Origin: Eledone cirrhosa
Lineage: Eukaryota
NCBI GenBank assembly: GCA_964016885.1
Contig: OZ024740.1
Location: 347,262,001 to 347,326,000, forward strand
Direction: 5' to 3'
Length of the DNA stretch: 64,000 nucleotides
The notes under the pieces are model-generated. The model searched no databases. It was not told the origin of the DNA and was given only the letters and a program-made list of their open reading frames with translations. Within the stretch, counting starts at the first letter, position 1; each line of letters begins with the position of its first letter. The position numbers and the translations under genes are program-made. Shown here in pieces: positions 55,408 through 64,000 of this stretch.

Positions 55408-56505
55408 TTTCAAATAGTTACTGGAGGGTTGAATACCAGGGCCTATACTTATGAAACTCCGATGAAATATCACTAACAAAATACATCGTGTCATATATTT
55501 CAGTCTACTATATATATTGAGTTCACTGGGTTTATAATTAAGAAAATGGTTTATCTATGTGTGCGCGCGTGTGTGTGTATGTGTGTGAGAGTGTATGTGT
55601 GTGCGTGTCTGTATCTGTCTGTTTGTGTTGTGTGTGTGAGTACATACGTGTGTGTGGGAGTAAAATAGAATGAGAAATAACTAAGAGAGAACGAGTGACA
55701 GAAACAAAAGAGACGATAAAATGGTTATTTTATAAAATGGTTATTTTATTTGCTGTTCAGCGTATGACATATATGTATGCGTATGTGTATGTGTCCGTAT
55801 GTGTGTTTATCTGTGTGTGTTTGCCTATGCATATATTTAAGCGATTGGTGAGAGAATGCCATGTGAAATATATGTTTACATTCTTTTTATTGAACGTAGT
55901 TTTTCTAGCAGACTAAACTCTGAATATTTAACTAGCCATTCGAGATGGTGGGAGAAAACAACATTTATGGGGTAAATTGCTAAAATATTAAGAATTACAA
56001 TTGTGTATTTTGACTCTGATGACAAATAAAAGCTAAACGAAAAAGATATACATATATATATTTATATATGGATAAAGCAAAAGCACAGAATGAAAAAGAT
56101 AAAGCTAGACATAAAGTAGCGAAAACAATAATCGAACAATTTCCATTAGTAAATTATACATGTACCAACTACAACAAACGGAATGTAATTTAAAGTTGTA
56201 CAGAGTTTCTTATAAATATGAATGTGTGCCCCAGGCACATATAATAACAAAAAATGTGTTAACGGATGTTTTCTGCTTCAGCTGTAGTCGACATAGGACG
56301 GATATATAACGTCATGTTTTTTTTCTTCTGTTTGATAACCACGCATATTTTCATGGTTTCGTTTTGTGTGTATCCCATTTTTTATTATATCCTATTTCTT
56401 TATGTTTTCTTATTTGTCTTTCCTATTCAAATCCATGTATATATTCAACAGAATGTTTATTTTTTTATACGTTATTAGCTTGATGTCCCTTGATTACAAG
56501 ACCTT

Positions 56506-56506
<1 letters not shown>

Positions 56507-56568
<62 letters not shown>

Positions 56569-56571
56569 CAC

Positions 56572-56607
<36 letters not shown>

Positions 56608-56652
56608 CATTATTATTATTATTATCATCATCATCATCATCATCATCATCAT
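56507..56652. repeat. (TAC)n-(TAT)n-(CAT)n compound microsatellite
   Basis: Direct reading. Confidence 0.95.
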
Positions 56653-58999
56653 CTTGTCTCTGTGTGTTACATTCGATTGACCAATGAGAAAAAAGTACTA
56701 CAACCAACTTCAGTAACTCGTTGGTACATTTTCTTTTTTTATTCTATTGTGTTTCCTATTTCAAATAATTTATGATATATCGTTCGGTTTACATTAGCAA
56801 GAAATGTTCTACCTCATAAAAACAACTCTATTGCAAATCACAGCAGTTAACGACTCATCTTCTTCAATATGTTTAGGTTGTACAGAAATTCATGTTAGAT
56901 TTGAGCAGTGATGCCTGAAAGCTTATGGAATAGAATTGAAAATATGCTATAGTTAAAGTATGTTCCATTTTATTTAATGACTTTTTTGCCAACGTAATAC
57001 GAGGCTATCGATTTCTGTTTAACATAAATTGCTGTTTTTATATTCAAAGAATTAGTTGAAGACTATGTGGCTGTTTTGTTCGCTAAATGTTTATTAGTCA
57101 AAACATTATCAAAAGACATAGCAGTGTGTTAGGCAAATGTCTGATAATTGAAATGTTATCCCCACAACTTAAGGACAAACAGTACCATAAAGAGGGAGAA
57201 CTGCCTTTCTAAAATGTAATTTTCGATGCACTTCAATTTCCGCCAAAGATTTCCTGCAGTGTTCGCATTTCTCAGATTCAGAAAGATGTGCGACTTGATG
57301 CCGACGGTGAGTTTTGAGGGGGCCTTTCATAGTTCATTATGATAGATCCGGTGATGATATGACTTCTGCTTGTGAAAAAGCTAATTTTCTTTACGGTCCA
57401 ACATTTGCTACACAATTAAACTATTTTCGTTCTGGACAAGCTGATATTACAGCTCTGATTTGATTGATCATGGATTACTTCATGTGACGCCCACTGTTAA
57501 ATTTCTTTCAACATTTCATTTGCATGTATCTGGCTTTATTTAGACCTCGAACACAAATGCGGCGAATATTACATGGAAATCAATGGGTTCATTCGATTCC
57601 ACGAACCCATATTCTACCCATGACTACAAATTTCCCCATGTGGCAAGAGTGACCCTTGTAATTAGAAGTTCTGCTTTATCAACATACTCAATAGTCATTT
57701 ACGAAACAAGAATGTGTCAAAATCCTTAATGTTTGCATTAATTTGAGTTCATGAAAAGATCGTATAATTCTTTGCTAGGACTTCAAAACTATTATCACCA
57801 CATCAAAACATATGAAAGCAATGTCGAACAGAACATTGAACATCCGATCACTTTCCGTATGAGTGATTTATAATTATTTCAGTTTAAGTGGATTTTCACT
57901 TAAGATTGGACACAAACAGAAGTACCTTATGAAAATAATTGTTGATTAAAGTTTAAAATTATTAATCTGAAAGAAGGAAAACCAATAAAAACTACCATAC
58001 ATCTTGTAATATAATCACCAATTGAATATATTACAATGTTTAAAATGTTAGATAGTGCAAACATCCACAATTTACTATATATCCATGATACACTATTAGA
58101 TGTTATAAGGATACTAACATATAATTCTTAAAATTCAATAAAATAAATTGCCAGTATTTGTTATTTCAGACGTCAAACTGTTTGAGAATAATGCATCTCT
58201 TGTATATACAACTGTGTTGTCTCTGTGTCCCAACCTTGTGTTTGTTTTATATATGTATGCGTGCATGAGTATGTACGGTGTATGGATGTGTGTGTGTGTA
58301 TGTCTGTTTTTTTATTGTTTAATTGTTTGTGAATATATATATGTGTATGAATATGTGTTGTCGTGTCATTTGAATGTTTTTGTACGCCTTCCCGTTTGAT
58401 GTGCATTTTTGTTAGTTTTCCCTATTTATCAAAGATTTGTATTTGTATGTATGTGCGTGCTTGTGTATGTGTGTGTTTTCGTATATGTGTCTATTAACAT
58501 GCCTCTGGGTAAGCATGCTAATGTCTCTTATCTCTCTTCCAAATATGGTTTCAAATGACCTTTTTGTATTGATTAAATACGCAAAGTGGTTTTGAAGATT
58601 CCTGTCCTAGATATGTACTGGAAGATAGTTTAGGCGTTGTGTTTAAGAATACGATAGACAAAATATCCTTGCAATTCAAAAGATACTTTTACTGAAGCCA
58701 AAAAGCGAACAAACAGAAATACAGATTCTGAATGTTAGTAGTATACATATATGAAGTACTAGTGTTTAATTAACCATAAGTCACTATCATGAGCATTCAG
58801 ATGTGCGACTAAATTAATTCTTACTCAGAAATGTAATATATAAATGGCTAAGTGTTCCACAGCTAGAGGTAAGCTTCAAGTCATTCTCAGGCCGAATCAA
58901 AATGACAAAATCTGACAAGGCCGGACGTTTGCATTGTAGTAACCACAGAGAGAGTGAATGATGACAGCAAAAAGACGAGAATCGAATTCAATTTTGTAT

Positions 59000-59115
59000 T
59001 AGGTTTATTTGTTAACGCCGAATAATGCTAATTTGAGCTGGGTACTATTTGAACTCAGAAATAGTATTACAAAGCATTATATTTGACGCCCTAACAATTC
59101 TGCCAGTTTGCCGCC
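59000..59115 (-). mobile_element. Old, degenerate SINE
   Basis: atttgaactcaga...gacgccctaacaattctgccagtttgccgcc resembles the reverse complement of the SINE head. Confidence 0.55.
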
Positions 59116-60699
59116 AAAAGTAATTCACAGGAGTGCATATGTAATTGTGCCAACATATCTAAATGACGATTACTTCGAGTAATTGAAAATTGCTTTGTAA
59201 AGATTATTTCACTAAAATGTTTGAATGAGAATATGATGTTCTCATTTCGGGATTTTCCTCTGACCATGGTACTATGATTTTAGATAGAGAAATAAAAAAT
59301 TCAAATGTTTTCTTCTTTTGGCGTCTTGAGATATCTTTAAATTAAGATTCATCTTGACATTTCCGATTTCCTTTTAAACTCCAGTGACACCAGTATGATA
59401 TTTTTTCTTTTGTTGTCAAATTTTATTACCAATTCCTTTTTCTAATTTATCATTAGTTGTGGTTATATTTAAATTTAACCGTAGCTCTGTGAAAATAGTT
59501 TCAGAACATGGGTGAAATGGTTATCTTAAACGGCGCCATTTCATTTACTAATATTACTTTTATCTCCTTTACCACACGTTAACAAAGAGAACATTTGTAT
59601 CTGTGCTTATTAATAAGTAAACACACCCAAAAACCACACAAGCATCAAGACCAAACACACACAGACAGTAACACATAGACAAACACAAACAGACAAACAC
59701 ACACAGATAAATATACATAGACAAACACTCATACTTATCATTTTCGAGCAACTGCTCTTGGGGTGTGGGATACACTTCCGATCTCAGAGAATGTTTTCAA
59801 TTATGCAGGGTCTCCCTTATTTTCTTATATCACAACCACTTTCTGTGGTGTACAAATTCTCTCCCACATATCCACCTATTCCGAAGACGGCAAAAGAGAG
59901 GAGGTTTCTATGTAGATGAGAGTTAGATAGAAAAGGAGTTGGAGAATAAATTGCACCAACTACATGTTTATACTTTAATGACCGAAACCGAAAGGAGAAA
60001 AAGCAAAGGATATCAAATGAACGACGCATATCGTATGTGAAAACATAAACTACAAATTTGTCTATGCACCAGCTAACGAATATGCAACTTCGCAGACATA
60101 CACATGCATGTTTATGTATGTATGTATGTATGTATGTATGTATGTATGTATGTATGTATGTATGTATGTATGTATGCATTTATGGGTGTATGTATGTATG
60201 CATGCATATGTATGTATGCATTTGTATGTATGTTTGTATGCACGATCTAATGAGGACGTGGTTCAGATCTCAGGGAATCGAAACTTTTGCAATTATCGTT
60301 ACCAAGGCCTCGGATTAACATATGTCTTGCGCGTATAATAGGATGGAGGGAAACTGTGAGAAATCAAGGTGAATGGAAAGATTAGGCTTGTTACATGTGT
60401 AACGCTGACATACAATGGGAATTACTTTAGCAGAATTCTTGTCTGTGGAATACTCAGATAATTACACGTTAAGTAACCTAGGCGGATATCGCGTTCTTCG
60501 AACATTTGGGTGCTCACCGACAAAGCTTTCGAAGACCCTTCACTTATAACGCTCATGTAAAATTCATTAGTTTAAATATGCCTTGAATCTTTACCAATAC
60601 TTTTGACAAATCACTTCCTTTTCGTGTTAAGACAATGTCAAAGCCTCCGCGTCCTCGGTCACTTGACTGCCATTGTAAAATAGCAATATTATCACAGAT

Positions 60700-62185
60700 G
60701 AACAAGAACCTGTGAGGAAAAGAGTTTGGAGGTGTGCTGGACAATTCTGAATTAACAAAACCCCAATGTTAGAGGTGCGGTGACATTACAGGAAAGCATT
60801 CGATTCTGTTCCACACTGCTGGATGCTAGATGCTCTTCGACTCACAACAGTCCCAGATATCATAATCAGAGTCATAGAGAAGACTATTTTCCTGAGCCAC
60901 AACCCAACGTTAAATATCGAGGTGGAGGAATATATTGACATTGAAAAAATATTTCAAGACATCAATCTTTTTGAGATGCCATTTATTCTGTCAGTAAACT
61001 ACTTGTCCTTTATACTGAGGAAATATGAGGGATACTTAATTCATTCGCATGAGGGCAGAACAATTAACCTAACACATAATGTCTTTGTGGATGACCTGAA
61101 ACTTTATGTTAAGAATATAAATGTTATGAAGTTCTCGAATGATACAAGAATGGAGTTTGACAAGAATAAATGTTCCTCTATGATTGTAAATCGAGGGAAA
61201 CCTGCAAGCCTTTCTAGCAACATCTTTATTAATGACCTGACTATTTCGCCAGTATCTTACGTTGACTGCTACAGATATCTAGAGATAGATGAACATACAT
61301 CCTATGATGTATCAAGAAACGAGTAACCAGCGAATATAACACCCGAAACTCTCACAATTGTCACCCACAATGAGTTCGCTGACACCAACATTTCAGTGGA
61401 TGCTAAGTGAAATGCCAGCCATTGATGTTAAAACCCAAATGTTCTAACCAGCACCGAAAAACTCCACAACAACAGTGACATACAGCATTGCTACCTAAGT
61501 GTATAGCGGCAGAAGCTGCCTACATGATAACAGAAATCTTATGCCCAGGAAAATAGCATGAGAATAACGCAACGAAGCAACGTATGAAAAGCAGCATACT
61601 TATTATCAACCAACTGTGCATGGCTATGTTGTCAGAATGCTTCAAATTGAGTGTGATATAGATAAGCAAAGTAGTCTATCTTGGACCAACAACCGGTATA
61701 GTATCTCTCACTTTCAAGCATATGTTTTTGCAAACCAAGACAGAAAATAACAAAACAATACCTAGAGATAGGGATGCAGGCAAAAAACTAGATGTGACAA
61801 TAGATGCAGACTCTTCAGAATAAACAAGGAGGATATCACCCACATTAGAATCAACTGTCGAAAGATATCATCACTATACTATCTACCTATGAGGCTTGAG
61901 TTATTGACCAAAATATTATTCACTGAAATCAGTAGAAAAAAAAAGAATGAATTTACTGAACTAATGAGGAAACTACAGATATTCCACCCTGACTATACCT
62001 TTAGATTTGTACCTTTGATCATTGGGGTGCTTCGAGGTGTTACTAACTATCTCAGTATAATTTCCGAGAAGGTGGGCTTCACAGAAACAGTAAGAGCACA
62101 ACTAGCTAGGAAGTTGCAAGTGCAATACATACATGAATGGGACTATAAAATCATGGAAGTCATTTCAGAAATTCAGTATGTAATA
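60700..62185 (+). pseudogene. Decayed non-LTR retrotransposon, R4/Dong-like (RT, Cys motif, REL tail)
   Basis: YRKAFDSVPHCWMLDALRL, IFQD, HNVFVDDLKLY, MEFDKNKC, YRYLEI; later CDNRCRL..EDITHI..NC and FRFVPLIIGVL. Many stops and deletions. Confidence 0.8.
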
Positions 62186-62328
62186 ACTGCACATACAAAA
62201 GTGTGGATGTAAATTCAAATGCACGTCTACACATATAACACAAGCCATACAGATCAACACATGCAATAACATCCATACCTGCACGTGCACACACATGCAG
62301 GCATACATGCGAATTTACATAGTTTATA

Positions 62329-62405
62329 CAGGGTGCCCCAAAAATATATGCACATATTTATTAGAATGGTGTTGAAATGGGTATACATTTTTTGGAGACA
62401 ACCTG
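62329..62405. mobile_element. Tc1/mariner-type MITE with TA target site
   Basis: TA-cagggtgccccaaaaatatatgcac ... gggtatacattttttggagacaacctg-TA. Confidence 0.75.
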
Positions 62406-62480
62406 TATTTAAATTTCAATGAAAACGTTTTGTTTCCATGTTAGAAATCGGCTCTCACTCTATTGGTGAGAATTCATAAA

Positions 62481-62662
62481 ATAATTCTTTCTACGTTTGG
62501 CACAAGGCCAGCAATTACCCAGTGCATTACTGGTACTTTATTTTATCGACCCCGTAAGGATGAAAGGCAAAGTTAACCTCGGCAGGATTTGAACTCAGAT
62601 CAGAAAGGGGCGTAACTCTGTGCTACAAAGCATGTTGTCCGCCCCTCTACCGATACTGCCAA
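62481..62662 (-). mobile_element. tRNA-derived SINE
   Basis: Reverse complement of the family consensus. Confidence 0.9.
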
Positions 62663-62744
62663 ACCAAATAAAACCAGAACATGTATACATACATACATGC
62701 TTACATACATACATACATAATACATACATGCTTACATACATACA

Positions 62745-63137
62745 TGGTGGCTGCCTACTCGTTTTCGAGTACGGCCACTACTTTATATCCATGTAGGAGA
62801 ACCCCTACCGATGCGCTGAACGAGTGTGACTTTTTAGTACAGCCAGCGACTTGAAAACTCTGGTACAAACACTACACTTGTGACAATTACTGACACATAG
62901 TGCTGGGCCCATTGACAAGTGCAGAGAGATCTCCAGATATAAAGCAATGCCTGTGCCGTGAAGCTTTTATAGTGAGCAAAGGCACTGCACAAAGCCTGTC
63001 CCACTCTCTTAAGCAAGATGATATTTACCAAAAAGAACACGTCAACATCATTGGATACCATCAGGGTTGCAGGTGTTATATCAGAGTTTTCCTTCTCCTA
63101 GAATTCTGCCTTGACAAAGGCTAAGGGGTCATCTCTC
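62745..63137 (-). mobile_element. Second copy of the 8515-8912 repeat, flanked by (CATA)n
   Basis: Near-identical spurious ORF translations (8583-8825 vs 62834-63061) confirm nucleotide homology. Confidence 0.85.
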
Positions 63138-63270
63138 CCATATATATATATATACATACATGCATACATACATACATACATACATACATACATACATACA
63201 TACATACATACATACATACATACATACATACATACATACATGCATGCATACATACATACATACATACATA

Positions 63271-63723
63271 AAAACTGCCACCAAATTAAAGCACAACCGG
63301 CCTGATATTGTAGTTTGGGACCACACATTGAAAACGTGTTCTGTTGTGGAGATCAGCTGCCCACTTGATGTAAACGTTGTCAGAAAAATACAGGAGAAGG
63401 AGGACATCTACGGACCATTGATGAGGAGTTTACAAATCCAGTATCCAAGATACACCTTTAGCTTCATACCCATCATTATTGGTGCTACGGGTTATATACC
63501 AACCCGCTTGGACCAAAGTATGACTGAACTTGGATTTGCGGACAAAAAGCGCAGCTCCCTAATTCATAGTCTACAAATGGCTGCGATAGCTGGCACCTTC
63601 AAAATTTGCAAAACATTCTCGCGATTCAAGGGATGACAATTTCTTTTCTTTTACAACCTTGCCACCAGGAAGGTGGCCGGTCAAAAAATATACTCAAAAT
63701 TAAGAGAAAGAGAAAACATACAT
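63271..63723 (+). mobile_element. 5'-truncated R4/Dong-like LINE 3' end with an open restriction-like endonuclease frame (to 63636)
   Basis: HNRPDIVVWD..CSVVEISCP..RKIQEKEDIY..IPIIIGATG is a PD-(D/E)xK REL pattern. Begins right after (CATA)n and ends at aaacatacata. Confidence 0.85.
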
Positions 63724-64000
63724 ATGGTATTCATCCAGATTTTTTTCTTTTATGCTTGAAACGTTGCTGTTTGTTAACTTTAAATGTAACACTTAAATTA
63801 ACAGCTTGGATTTTTAATGGGAAAGAATCAATCAATAGTTGTTTTACCATTCAACTAGTATAGTCGTCGATTTAATCACGAGCTGTTGCAAATTTCTAAT
63901 TCAAAAGAAAAATAATTAAAGTATGCCAAATAAACTGTTTTTGATTGGATGGGTGTTATGATTGATAAAACAATTTTTTCAAATATATTTTGCTACATGA

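Noticed and set aside
56507-56652. Poly-Thr/Ile or poly-Asp/Asn/Ser ORFs
   Set aside because: Stepwise compound trinucleotide microsatellite with no coding context.

Overview
AT-rich, microsatellite-dense eukaryotic DNA; the repeat repertoire suggests an octopus-like cephalopod (inference only). I can support no host protein-coding gene, and most listed ORFs are translations of (TA)n/(CA)n/(CT)n tracts. The window is mostly retroelement debris: (i) decayed Penelope-like elements (PLEs), namely a Naiad-type RT+GIY-YIG copy at 9.5-12.3 kb, Naiad fragments at 16.4 and 48.1 kb, and a Neptune-type copy at 52.7-54.4 kb; (ii) more than a dozen copies or fragments of one tRNA-derived SINE; (iii) R4/Dong-like and RTE-like LINE remnants; (iv) a non-autonomous Helitron and Tc1/mariner MITEs. 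The main hidden layer is RNA structure. About ten unrelated short repeat families carry type I hammerhead ribozyme (HHR) motifs with palindromic stem/loop III, usually inside fold-back (inverted) units in or next to (TA)n tracts. Several families use a non-canonical UUGAnAA core (U3-A8 instead of C3-G8). One family is a 321-nt tandem with an HHR in each unit. Another is a 282-nt unit that pairs a tRNA-like cloverleaf with a downstream HHR-like motif. All structures were folded by eye and none was computed.
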